In this document: positions 39,300 through 51,835 of the stretch, in pieces
Layout of the letters: each line of letters opens with the position of its first letter
Position numbering within the stretch: the first letter of the stretch is position 1
Assembly (NCBI GenBank): GCA_951406725.2
Contig: OX597825.1
Location: forward strand, 40,796,001-40,860,000
From: Octopus vulgaris
Lineage: Eukaryota
Direction: 5' to 3'
DNA: 64,000 nt
Notes under the pieces: model-generated
What the model was told of the DNA's origin: nothing
The model's input: only the letters and a program-made list of their open reading frames with translations
Databases searched by the model: none
Translations under genes and position numbers: made by a program

Positions 39300-40420
39300 G
39301 AGACTTGAATTTGTCACAGATCATGACGCTGAGAGAATGCAGATTTGTTGTTAGCAACAGCGTCAAAGCAAGGAAGACAGAGAAGAGAGATTCATTTGAT
39401 CCAATGCTCTCAGCAAGGAAGATAACGAAATGGGAGGAAGTCATTGTTGAGAGAAAAATAAGATGGAATGAAATATGGAAGTGCACTACATCACGTTTAA
39501 GTTTTCCAATTCGTTCATCCTACGATGTCCTGCCATTGCCTACAAACCTAGTAAGATAGAACATGTCAGAAAATGATATATGAAGATGCGGAGAAGCCGG
39601 AACACTAAAGCATATTCTTTCCAACTGTTCACTGACATTGAATAGATATACATGGAGGCACAATCTGATACTTAACGTTATCTTCAATGCTATAAAGAAC
39701 TGAATTGCTCTCATCAACAGTGGCAAAAAACTTTTGAAAGAACCAATCAGATATTTTATTACCTTCGTGCGCTCAGGACATCAGATCTGTTTCAAGAATA
39801 AGAAACTTCCTGTGTGTGATGAAAAGTGGAACGGCTATTGGGTGGTGGCCGCAGAATTACCAGGGTACCAGTGTTTCTTTCCCATCTCAGTTACGAAGAA
39901 ACCGGATATCATAATATGGTGCGAAAGAAAGTTGTAAATCTAATCGAGTTAACGGTTCCTGATGGAGATGACATGGCTGCCGCTCAGGCTCGAAAGACTG
40001 ACCGTTATGTAAACCTCTTCGAGGAATGTGAAGATGCAGACTGAAAAGAGGAGCGTCTTCTTATCGAAGTCGGATGTAAAGAATTCGTTGGACGCAGTAT
40101 GAGGCGACTATTGTAATAGTTAGGCCTAACTTATCGTAAAGCAAATACCACCGCGAGTGATATCCAAACTACAGTGGTAAAGTAAGCCACTGGTTTTGTT
40201 TAAAAAGAGACTATGGGAAATGGCTATAAGAATATTGAGCTATATAATCAGTTGCTCTAGCAAGCGGCGCCTCATTTCATTGAAAGAGGGTCGGTGAGCA
40301 GTGATACCGTCGAGAGGAAGGCCTCAAAACGGCGCGCGTTTTCTCCTGATGACCACATAAATTTACAAGCATCCGGTATGTGGAGCTTTCAACTGGTAAC
40401 ACTTGCATCGCAATTTGTTT
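39300..40420 (+). mobile_element. 3' end of a HERO-clade-like non-LTR retrotransposon with restriction-like endonuclease, disrupted, plus 3' UTR
   Basis: W..IW....RLSF.IRSSYDVLP.PTNLVR; zinc knuckle [C]RCG..GTLKHILSNC..RYTWRHN; FVRSG; KKPDIIIW..VVNLIELTVP..AAQARKTDRY..L..EC; IEVGCKEFVG. Confidence 0.88.
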
Positions 40421-40810
40421 GCAAAAACTACTGTTTTTACTTCCAGGATACTACCTGCGTAACCCATTGTTTACTTTTTATTATCTTGCTTAAATCTCCT
40501 TCCCCCACTCTTAGGCATTCTATTGATTCTATTACTTATTGTTTTTCATACAGCAGTATTTTAAAAGCAGATTCTCTGCGTTTGTATATATGTATTGTGT
40601 CGATGAATGAATGTAGCTGTGATATTTTTTTACCTGATGAGCAAGCTCTTTTATCTGTACTAATTTATAACTTATTCAACCTTACTACATAATTGATATT
40701 ATATTCATTAACACATACGTGTTATAAAATATATTTCCCATTATACACTAAGATAAATTTATTTTTCTATGATAAAGGTGGCGAAACATATTTCTCTTCC
40801 ACATTCTTTC

Positions 40811-40845
<35 letters not shown>

Positions 40846-40976
40846 TGCGAGGATGATCCGGTTCTTGACTGAAGATTAAAGGCTTCGAATGACCCGTCCG
40901 TTTTTTGTGTCGTCTATTTGAGTGTTTTGCGTTCTTGTCCTATTTTGTATTTTTTATATATATATTTTATACATAT

Positions 40977-41400
40977 AGGCGCAGGAGTGGCTGTGTGGTA
41001 AGTAGCTTGCTAACCAGCCACATGGTTCCGGATTCAGTCCCAATGCGTGGCATCTTGGGCAAGTGTCTTCTGCTATAGCCCCGGGCCGACCAATGCCTTG
41101 TGAGTGGATTTGGTAGACAGAAACTGAAAGAAGCCTGTCGTATATATATATATATATGTGTGTGTATATGTATGTGTGTGTATGTGTTTGTGTGTTTGTG
41201 TTTGTCTCCCTAGCATTGCTTGACAACCGATGCTGGTGTGTTTACGTCCCCGTCACTTAGCGGTTCGGCAAAAGAGACCGATAGAATAAGTACTGGGCTT
41301 ACAAAGAATAAGTCCCGGGGTCGATTTGATTGACTAAAGGTGGTGCTCCAGCATGGCCGCAGTCAAATGACTGAAACAAGTAAAAGAGTAAAAGAGTAAA
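40977..41400 (+). mobile_element. SINE family A, full-length reference copy
   Basis: AGGCGCAGGAGTGGCTGTGTGGTAAG (A-box-like), GGATTCAGTCCC (B-box-like), TCTTGGGCAAGTGTC core, internal (TA)n(TG)n, terminal stem-loop CAGTC-AAAT-GACTG and (GTAAAAGA)n tail. Confidence 0.9.
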
Positions 41401-41404
41401 TATA

Positions 41405-42157
41405 TTATTGCGGCGTAACGTACATCTTGTTCTCTTATGTATGTAAGCATTCCAATACTGTACGACTTCTACACACACTTTCTCTATTCTTCACTAGTCT
41501 CTGTCTTTCTCTTTTCTCGCCTCTGATTCTTTGGTCTCCTCTTCCCCCACTCTCTCACTTTGCACCTCACTGATTCTGTCGTCAAGCCAATCCTTGGCAC
41601 GCTCTCTTTCTTCTCCCCTCTTTAATTCCTTCTTTCTCTCTCTTCTTCCCACCTTTGGTGCCCTTGTCCCTCGTTTTCTCTCTCTCTTTGATTCCTTTGC
41701 CCCTTTTATTTCTCTCTCTTCTCCTCTCACGTGACCGCCGGTCAACTAGCCTTTCGGCTTCTGACCACCGCCACGACAACATCGATTTCTTCGTCTGCCG
41801 TTAAGGCATTTTTTCCAAATGCGTCAGCTAAGCTAAGTTGAACTGTCTAAAGTCGTAAGACACCCGCTGCTTTTGTCCTGTTATTACTATTATTGTTTTT
41901 TGTATTTATATTTGTGTGGCATCATCCGCTTTTCTGTCCTTGTTTCGTATACATTCGATCCTTTTCCCAAGAAATCTAATGCTCGTAGCTTAGTTTTTCC
42001 TTGGAGCTGGCCGGATCGGATCGATCTCAAGATTAATCAGCCGAAAATGCGAGGATGATCCGATTCTTGACTGAAGATTAGAGGCTTCGAATGACCCGTC
42101 CGTTTTTTGTGTCGTCTATTTGAGTGTTTTTTGTTCTTGTCCCATTTTGTATTTTTT
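41405..42157 (+). repeat. Dispersed repeat family F2, long copy; its last ~110 bp is duplicated upstream at 40847-40955
   Basis: GCGAGGATGATCC..CTTGACTGAAGATT..GGCTTCGAATGACCCGTCCG..TTTTGTATTTTTT is near-identical at 40847-40955 and 42049-42157. Confidence 0.75.
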
Positions 42158-42164
42158 TATATAT

Positions 42165-42203
<39 letters not shown>

Positions 42204-42231
42204 CATATATATAATATATATATAACATATA

Positions 42232-43476
42232 TAAGGTCAAGTATGAAATTTGTAGTAAGGTATATGGTAAATTTTGACAGCTGATCATTTTGCGCCATTA
42301 TCATATTTTGACAATTTTAAATTTTTGTAGATAGGTGACACATCTATTTGTGTATTCTAACTTATTTTTCCCTTTGTAAAGTATTTATAAATCGTTTTTT
42401 CTATTTTTTTTTAGAGATGAATCAGTCAGAAATTCGTACAGTTTTGAAATATGAGTTCTTTCTTGGAAATACAGCATCAGAGACGGCTCGGAATATTAAT
42501 GGAGTGTTTCATTCTAATGTTATTACACAGACAGTATCAAATTGGTTTGCAAAATTTCGTTCTGGTAACTTTGACCTCACAAATAAGCAACGGGATCGAC
42601 CAGAAACAAAGGTGGATAATGACGAACTGAAAGCTACCGTCGACTCAGAACTACCCCAAGGTGCTCGTGAATTATCGTTGTTGTCTGGTGTTAGCGAGCA
42701 AACAATACTGACTCGTCTAGTTCAAATCGGTAAAGTGAAAAAATTGGATAAGTGGATTCCACATGAACTCAATGAAATTCAAAAACAGCAACGTTTGAAA
42801 GCCAGCATTATGCTACTTAATAAATCAGTTTTGAATCGGATTGTAACATGTAATGAGAAATGGATCCAATAGAACAAACATAAACGTTTAGCACAATGGC
42901 TGGGCAAAGACAAGCCACCAAACACAGTTCAAAAAGCAAAATTCATCAAAAGGGGCTGATGATGTGTGTTTGAGGGTCTAGCGCAGATGTGATCCATTAG
43001 GATTTCATTAAACCTGGCTCATCAATCACGGCCGAAGTATACTGCAGTCAACTGGACTACATGAGGCAGAAGCCTAGATTATTCAACAGATCCAGATCCA
43101 CTCCTATTTTATTGCAAGACAACGCCTGACAACGCATCGCAAAAATGACTTTGGCGAAACTACAGGATTTGGAGTTGGAAGTTCTCCATCATCCAACATA
43201 TTCACCTGATCATGCCGCCACTGTCTACCACTTCTTCCAGAATTTGGATAACTTTTTGATAGGAAAAACATTTAATTCCAACGATGCTGTAAAGCAGGCC
43301 TTCCAAAATTTTATTGATTCTAGATTGCCAAGCTTTTACAGTTCCGGGATGGTCAAGCTACGGCTGAAATTGCAAAACGTGTATTGACAATATAGATGCC
43401 CAGTTTGATGAATGAAAGTATTCCTTGTATTTAATAGCAAACTTTTTTCTTTTCTACAAATGTCATAATTGACGAC

Positions 43477-43480
<4 letters not shown>
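42232..43480 (+). mobile_element. Full-length mariner (cecropia/Hsmar1-like), 1249 bp, defective
   Basis: Left TAAGGTCAAGTATGAAATTTGTAG versus right end reverse complement TTAGGTCGTCAATTATGACATTTGTAG. TA flanks lie inside (TA)n. Confidence 0.9.
42417..43415 (+). pseudogene. Mariner transposase pseudogene
   Basis: EIRTVLKYEF..ETARNIN..WFAKFRSGNFDL; GKVKKLDKWIPHEL; RIVTCNEKWI (D to N); LLQDNA*; HPTYSPDHAATVYHFF (third D lost). Confidence 0.92.
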
Positions 43481-43561
<81 letters not shown>

Positions 43562-43639
43562 ATACATGTGTATGTAAGTATAAGTGTATATATATGCATA
43601 AATATATGTATGTATATATACACACACATATATAAATAC

Positions 43640-43790
43640 ACACGTGCTGTTGGTGATATTTTTCCTTTTCAACGAAGAGCTATGCCCGAAACGTCAAAAA
43701 TCTTCTTGTTACCAAGTGTGAAACTAATACATTCCATCCATCAGTTATTTTGTTATTGTTCTTTTCAATGTTCTCTTATTCGACATGACT
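43640..43790 (+). mobile_element. Short microsatellite-flanked insertion with a degenerate minimal hammerhead
   Basis: TTTT-CAACGA-A-GAGC-TAT-GCCC-GAAAC-GTC-AAAA (43666-43699). Shares the downstream ACTAATACATT motif with 28212-28412. Confidence 0.5.
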
Positions 43791-43868
43791 GTACACACGC
43801 ACACACTCATACGTATATATGCATATAAATATATGTATATGCATATGTATATAAATATATGTATATGC

Positions 43869-43997
<129 letters not shown>

Positions 43998-45180
43998 CAA
44001 AACTTTGATGTGCGAGCCGAAAATTTTGATGACGTATTTATGATAGAGACTACGAGACTACCGAGTAATATACTTGTGTTTATACGTCACGTGCAGACAT
44101 TGCCGTAAACCATGTTGGTCTAATATTGAATTCAAAACTATTTCTCTTCTTTTTGTAGAAGAATGTTATGAATTTTTTTTACATTGGGAAGGATATCATT
44201 TCTGTAAAATAATTTACGTTTTTTAAAGAATCAGTATATACTTTATACTCTATTTCATAATTCTCAGTGGTAACGACTTTTATCTCAAATATTTAAATTC
44301 AAATGGTACTTTTAATATCTATATCAAACATATGACTATAGATATATATATATATATGTACACATGTACTGAAAGTGTGAAATGAGACACCTTCAAAATT
44401 CAAGCTGTTTTAGCTCCAGTGCATCTCAGAATATATAGAGAGAAAAGGGTTAAAATTCCTACTACGCCGTTTTACTGCTTCAGTTTTCGCAACTACCATC
44501 TAAGCAAAATCATCAATAACAACAGCAATAATAGTAATAACGAAACCAAAATATAGAAATAAGGATAAAATATGCATAGATATTTCCGATATCATGTTAA
44601 AGGTTATCTTAGTTGATCTCACCTCATTGATCTTACAGTTAACTGCAGGATGAAAGAAGTGCGTAGTAAAGAAAAACGCAAGTGTGTCTGTGAAGAATAA
44701 CAGCCAGAGAAACCTGAAGTTACAGTGTGACTGAGCGATAATGACAGAAACAAGAAGAGTAAATGGTTTAAATGCTGTCCAATTCTGATATGAGGTCAAC
44801 TCCTTCAGATGCCACTTGCCTGCTAACTGACAAACTATTTCGAAGCTAAAATAGCTAAAAGTTTTTCAAGACATCAAATTGAAAACAGAAGATCAGAAAG
44901 TTTCCCAAGACAATTGACTGTGTATACATACATATGAACACATATACATATTTATATACATTTATACATACATATATATATATGTATGCATTTATGTATG
45001 TGTGAGTGCGTATGCATGTATGCTTGGATGCTTGCTTGTAATAAACTCTAGGTTATAATGCAATGTCGCTTTCCACATCTACATTTAATATTACATTCAC
45101 TTTTACAGATGTTTTAAAGCATTAAATTTTCTACTGACTGTTGTTAGACTACTTCAGAATCTTAAATTTGTAGTTCGATT

Positions 45181-45420
45181 CATCTTCTTCTGCGTCTTCT
45201 CTTTCCCCTCAATCTTCTTCTTCTTTTTCTTCTTCTTCTTTTTCTTCTTCTTCTTCTTCTTCTTCTTCTTCTTTTTCTTCTTCTACTTTTTCTTCTTCTT
45301 CTTTTTCTTCTTCTTTTTCTTCTTCTTCTTTTTCTTCTTCTTCTTTTTCTTCTTCTTCTTCTTCTTTTTCTGCTTCTTCTTCTTCTTCTTCTTTTTCTGC
45401 TTCTTCTGCTACTTCTTCTC
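45181..45420. repeat. (TTC)n trinucleotide tract
   Basis: Direct inspection. Confidence 0.95.
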
Positions 45421-45499
45421 ATGATTATTGTCCTAGAAACCTGTCTTCGAAATTTGCTCCTAAGTTTTTGTTTTGCTTGAATACTTAAAACACGCATTA

Positions 45500-45566
45500 T
45501 GTTGATATTGTTGCAACTTTCGTTAATAAGTCGACCATCTGGTCGGATGCCAGATACTTTTGGTAG
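45500..45566 (-). mobile_element. Possible Ty1/copia RNase H C-terminal remnant
   Basis: Minus-strand YQKYLASDQMVDLLTKV resembles the copia Y..T..Q.ADILTK motif. No other domains or LTRs seen. Confidence 0.25.
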
Positions 45567-47914
45567 AATGTTGTTTTTAAAATCAAAGTTACATATTTAA
45601 AGAAATATCATAAGGTGGAAGAATTTGGGTGATTACAGCTGTGAATACAACATCAACAAAACGGTTTCATTCAGAAAAGTCAAAATATTCAAAAGTAGTA
45701 ACAGTTGTACCAAAACCTGTACTAACACTACCATTAACACCACTGCAATTACTTCAGGTTAACAGTAACAGTAGCAAGAAGTACAGTAGTGCCAAACAGA
45801 ACGGTGAAATGTGCATTAAAATTAATAACGCCAGTACTACTGCCTGCATTAACACCAAAACCATTATTAGCGCCAATACTACAGTAATGAAACAATTTGC
45901 TAACGGATTTACTGGAGTATGTCTGGCGTTTGAGCTAATTATTTTATCACTGCGTGATCTGAACAACGAACTAAAATTATCAAGAGCAGAATAGCATCAT
46001 TAACTATGCCGGAGGTTGCCCAGAAGGAAACCCACTAGAAAACAAAACTATACAATTGTACAGGATTAAATCTCAGGCATATGGGTGTTGGTATGATTAT
46101 CAGAAAGCTATTCGTCGCAGCCCTTAAAATAGATCACTAGGAGTATATAGAGCCCTTGCTATATTGACATGTCTTCAGGTATATTTTATTGAAGCTAGTA
46201 TGGAACAACCCGATAACTTCTTGTATATATGCGACATCTGAGATATTTATAATCTATGTTGTAGGAGCTGATTGTATTTCTTTAAAAATGTATATTTATC
46301 CAAGTCTACTCATGTAACACAAACGTTGATGAATAAGATTACTGCTCCATCCCACCCATAGTGTTCCCTGAATCTTAATACAAAATAATAGATACTTTTT
46401 TCATATACGAGAAGCTAGAAGAAAAAGAAAAAGACGAAGAAGAAGAACAAAAACAACAACAACTACTACTACTAGTACTACTACTACAACAACAACAAAC
46501 TCCCAGTTCTGGGATATCAGGACCAAACAAGACGCCAAAGAATTTATTTTCTCCGTCCAGTACCCCACAAGCATGTTTGCACCAATTCTCTAATCAACCA
46601 AATCCACTCGGCCCCATCATGTATCCAAGATGCCGTTCCAATCTACCATCATCACTGAGTAGCAGGTCCTTCCTAAGAAACACTAGGCACCTTAAAAATC
46701 TGATCGCGCCACATCTCTCGGGACGTAGATAACCTCTACTCTGAAGTGATGACCCTGAATACTGGTTACGTCCAGGAATATAGTTGGTATTTGCTGATCC
46801 AGGCTTTTCAGAAACAACATCGTGACTCTACTAACCGAATTGCGAGTGACAGGTTTCGTAGTTATCGAACATGGGTTTCAAGCTCGTGCCTCGGAGATTC
46901 TGGTTCCTCTGCTGACTAATACATCTAAGTTTAGTAACCGGAGGTCGTTCTGTGGAAGGTTTTACTTGCAAGACCTCCACATGCATTCGTGGAATTCCTT
47001 CACACTGCTATTGTGCATAAAGCCATGCTGAATAAAAGCGATAAAATGATAATATCTCGTTGTGGAATAGCGAATGATATTTCACTTCGGGTCACTTGTA
47101 GGAGTTTCCAAGAGTAAATTTTATATATATATCTTCTAGCTGTTGTACGAAAATCTCCCATTGCGATGGGAGTTATTCTTTCTCTTATGTTGTTTTTTAG
47201 GATTAGATTTGCAGATTTGCCTGTGTGGTATTTTAATTGTGAAATATTTGCATGTTGATGTATGTGATTCTTCAATTCTTTGTTCGTTATCCCTGGTATG
47301 CTTCTTTACGGATATTGTCCTCGATGTTGTTTTGCTGGTAGACTCGGTTGTGTTTGTGTTTGTTGTGGTAATTTTAGGGTTGATGTATTCTATGTTGTTG
47401 GTGTTGTGGTTTCGGTGTTGGTTTTTTGTCAAAGAGCATTTTTCTTTTTTCATCCTTTCTTTCTCATCATAGAGACATTTTTCTATCCATTTTTTTCATC
47501 TTTTTCCATTCTTCGTCTGTTCATGTTGCTGTAGACGTTGCTAGTGATCGTGCTACTGATGTTTTGTTGATGTATTATTTTTTAACAAGCTCACTTTCTA
47601 ACCGCAACACCAGCGCCTGTTCTGACACTGATTTTCTATACATCGCCTGCAGGGAGATAAATCACTCTTATCTTGAAAGTCCATCATTGATGAGAACAAG
47701 AAAGGTCGAAATCATGTGAACTGGTGTCTCGGCGCTGGAGGTGGTGGGGATATCTCTCCCCGTTAACGATATAAACAAAAGTGTATTTTGCATCAAAAGC
47801 CTATATAAGAGTTTCTTTCATAATATCTTGTGCAGTAACGTTTGTTCAAAAAGAACCTCCACGTTTAAGTGGGGCTGATTACATCTTGTAAGGTTATTAC
47901 GGTTTTGGTTAGTG

Positions 47915-48037
47915 CTAATGCTGCTGTTGCTGTTGTTCCTGTTTTTGTGACTACTGCATCTGATTCTGCACTTGCAGCTGTTGTTGTTGCACTTGCAGTG
48001 CTTTCTCGCTGTTGTCGTTGTTGTTGTTGTTGCTTTT

Positions 48038-48072
<35 letters not shown>

Positions 48073-48085
48073 GGTGGTGGTGGTG
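47915..48085. repeat. (GTT)n/(GCT)n/(GGT)n tract
   Basis: Direct inspection. Confidence 0.9.
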
Positions 48086-49979
48086 ATTCTTTCTCAGGGT
48101 GTGGCATTGGCAGCAATAGGGGCCTTCTTTCGTTTAACATGTGCCGTGGGCAAATTCAAATCGCACCATAAATGTGATACGTTGGCCTTATGTCTGCAAC
48201 TGATATCATTTGGTAGCTCAATTAGGTCGGAGATGGCTCCAATATTTTGATTCATTTGTCTTAATTGCTCCAAGCCTAGAGTGAACATTTCTCACGGTGC
48301 ATTTGGTGAATTTTCAAGACTGCCCCATCTTCGAAACTTTTTAAGTTAAAAGTATCTAAAAATTAGTGCTTATTATTACGTAAACCTGAAAATGTCGTAT
48401 GTATCTTTATATTATACAATTCGTATTTGCTTGTATAGCTATTTGTAGAATCTATATCTTTTCATTTGATCGTTTGAATTTGCAGAAATCCCTTTAGCAT
48501 TTTCATATGATGTATAGCATTGTTAATTCCTTTTAAAAATGTTGTTTCCATATACTTCTAATGCTATCTTCACAATTCACTGACTTAATGTCTTTTGATA
48601 TTTGTATATTGTTTTATATAAGTGACTAAAAAATCTGCTTAGCTTTTAAATACAGCTTAATCGAAATATATTCTGATATAAAAAGAAAATCATATTTACT
48701 TGCACAATTCTACAGAATGAAAGCGCACCTCTACTCTAGTGTCTCAACGTACAGTTTGTTCTTAATACACAATTTCCAATTGTTGCGGAGAAATTGACCA
48801 ATCCAGTGGTGACCTTGATCATTGTCTCTTGGTTTTCTTTCTTTTTTTGTAGCAATATTAGAGATCAAGTTTACAGACCTGCCCTGACCGGCATTTAATT
48901 TTCAAAGTGAAGAATAGGGAAGCTAGAAATTTGAAATACAACTTCCTAAAGGTTTTCATTTTAGCAACTGAACAATGTTATCCATCATGTATTAAAAATG
49001 CCTTACTTCTGAGTTCAGAAGAAAGGAACTGTTCTAATGGCCTTCGTAGGCCCTCCAAGTTAGATGGGATTGATGCTATTTAATACACCTTTTGAATCTT
49101 TATAAAGCCACACTAGAGGGAACGACAAAAGCAAAAAGGAAATTCCAGACATTGACGTTCAAGAAAAGGAAAAAAATATTTGCACAATGTTTTCTGCTCA
49201 GTTGAACAATACGAAATGATGAGACGAATAGAGACAAGTAGAACGGAAATGCTCGAGACTTATGGACTTACTTTCTTCTCGAAGATTCATACAAATACTA
49301 TGGTCTTTGTAATAAAGCGATAAATTCATTTGCAAGTATACCTTGCACTTGTTTACAATTTCAAGTTTATTCCCTGCACCGTTACTTTTTCTCGGCATTT
49401 CTTTTATATTCTAGCTGATAGCTATATTACTGTATGATATGCCCTCATTTCTAATTTCTGTTTACGTAGCTCTTCACAATAGAGTTACGCCAGAAGCAAA
49501 TTGTACGTTCAGAGGCGTAACCGTTTTCATAACAAATAACTAATGATTTGTCATGAAATTGTTGCTATAGCTAATATTTTATTTAACTATTTTTATATTT
49601 TGTATTTCTGTTTCTCATTTTCTCTTTTGATATTTGGATGCTTTTTGTAATCGATCCAAAAATGTACTGGGATATTTTCTTTAACTTTTAACATCTCCTA
49701 TAGCCATATGTATAAGATTAGATATTTTTCCACTAGAACCTATAAATGATGGCCTCTTTCCCTTTAAATGATTGTGACAGTTGCGTATGTCATTTTTTCA
49801 GTATGACTGTTATGGCTCATTTCAATAATTTTGTTTTTCTTTATGCTAACACTTAATTCTGGTGTGTGAGTGTGACAGTGTTAAATTGCAGCCATGCTGG
49901 AGTACCACCTCCAAGAATTTTAGTTCAACGAATCGACCCCAGTACTTTTTACAACCTGGTACTTGTTCTATCTGTGTCA

Positions 49980-50150
49980 TTTCAAACAATTCTAAATGGA
50001 CTGGACATAAGCATTCAATTTACGATGGAACATAGCCATCAACAACTTAAATTCCTCGACATAATAAGGACTATATCTTACTAACCCGATGGATACCGAC
50101 TCTGATGTCAAAATCATCTGATCTGTGGAAACGTACGTAGCGTTCTATTG
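49980..50150 (+). mobile_element. Penelope-like element fragment: RT C-terminal motif followed by a degenerate hammerhead
   Basis: FQTILNGLDISIQFTMEHSHQQLKFLDII matches the PLE RT F...LN.....IKFT.E.....L.FLD motif. CTGATGT-CAAAATC-ATCT-GATCTGTG-GAAAC-GTAC-GTA at 50102-50139. Confidence 0.7.
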
Positions 50151-50187
50151 AATATTTATAAATTCCATCCTGGTATTATTGTTGTTG

Positions 50188-50258
<71 letters not shown>

Positions 50259-50814
50259 GAGTGAGAGAGCAGTGCATGCCATCAAAGTGACACTGGGGTA
50301 AAATATACGAAGCCCAGTATACCACTCATGACTACCCGTCTGATAAGGGTACACCAGGCACATGCATCACAACCATATGTGCGCGGCACGGTGATCTCAT
50401 ATCAAGATAAACAGCACATGACCTTGCAGGTGGGGCCTAGTTAGAATTTTCTTCTGGTCGAGTAGCCCATCCCGCTCAAAAGGTCCCTGAATAACGGTTG
50501 CTTAAGGATGTTGAACGAAACACCCATGTTTCCAAAGGTGAATTATCCAAACCTCTAAGAATTCCTTTCAACACACGGCTATGATGCTCCCTCGCTTCTT
50601 CTGCTCATGATCAGAGAGGCACATATTATCAGCCTCTAAGAGACATGCTCAACTGGTTATGGTCAAACAACTGACATGCAAATCTGTGGTATTGAGCAGA
50701 ATATTTGCTGTAGCCCATCTTTTATACCAAGACAAAACAATGTACATGATAACACTTACAATCAGGTAAGATCAAAGCCATGAGAGTCACTGTCTGGTAC
50801 TGTATCAGGGCATT
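50259..50814. mobile_element. ~555-bp non-coding element inserted within an (ATT)n tract
   Basis: Higher-complexity block with sharp boundaries and (ATT)n on both sides (50175-50258, 50815-50880). Confidence 0.6.
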
Positions 50815-50816
50815 TA

Positions 50817-50880
<64 letters not shown>

Positions 50881-50929
50881 GCACGGTGGTGCATCAGCAT
50901 GGCCGCAGCTCTGAGCTGAAACTTTAAAA

Positions 50930-50969
50930 AAAATTATTATTATTATCATTATCATTATCATCATCATCG

Positions 50970-51039
<70 letters not shown>

Positions 51040-51049
51040 CATTATCATC

Positions 51050-51115
<66 letters not shown>

Positions 51116-51192
51116 ATCATTATTATTATTATTACCATTATCATTATTATTATTATTATTATTATTATCATCATTATCATCACTATTATTAT
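50930..51192. repeat. (ATT)n/(ATC)n tract
   Basis: Direct inspection. Confidence 0.95.
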
Positions 51193-51307
51193 ATATTTAT
51201 ATAAATTAGCTAGACCAGTGAAAAAATTCACGTAATATATAAAAAGTGTAAACATCTGTAATTTGTGTACTAGTGCCATGAGAAATGTTTCTATATTGTG
51301 ACAATTA

Positions 51308-51665
51308 AAGGCGACGAGCTGACAGAATCATTAGAACGCCGGGCGAAATGCTTAGCGGTTTTTCGTCTGCCGCTACGTTCTGGGTTCAAATTCCGCCGAG
51401 GTCAACTGTGCCTTTCATCCTTTCGGGGTCGATTAAATAAGTACCAGTTACGCACTGGGGTCAATATAATCGACTTAATCCGTTTGTCTGTCCTTGTTTG
51501 TCCTCTCTGTGTTTAGCCCCTTGTGGGTAGTAAAGAAATAGGTATTTCGTCTCTCTTCGTGTTCTGAGTGCAAATTTTGTCTTTCATCCTTTCGGGGTCG
51601 ATAAATTAAGTACCAGTTGTATACTGAGGTCGATATAATTGACTTGCCCCCTCCCTCCAAAAATT
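51308..51665 (+). mobile_element. SINE family B with internally duplicated central domain
   Basis: CTTTCATCCTTTCGGGGTCGAT..AAGTACCAGTT occurs at ~51412 and ~51581; tRNA-like head GGCGACGAGCTGACAGAATC. Confidence 0.8.
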
Positions 51666-51835
51666 TGAGTTACAGTGTATAGAAAGAAGTGTAAAACCGA
51701 TAACTATATAATCCAACCAAAATATCTCAGTTACGCAAACGTAAATAGAATTACTATTTAGCCTTAAAATACTTTGTACATATTCAGACAACACTCTTGG
51801 TTTATTGGTACGGAACGTCTTTCTCGTGTACTTGT

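Noticed and set aside
40634-40655. CTGATGAGCAAGCTC
   Set aside because: Not followed by GAAA; no helix III.
45180-45497. Protamine-like Arg-rich ORF
   Set aside because: Translation of a (GAA)n microsatellite; no independent gene evidence.
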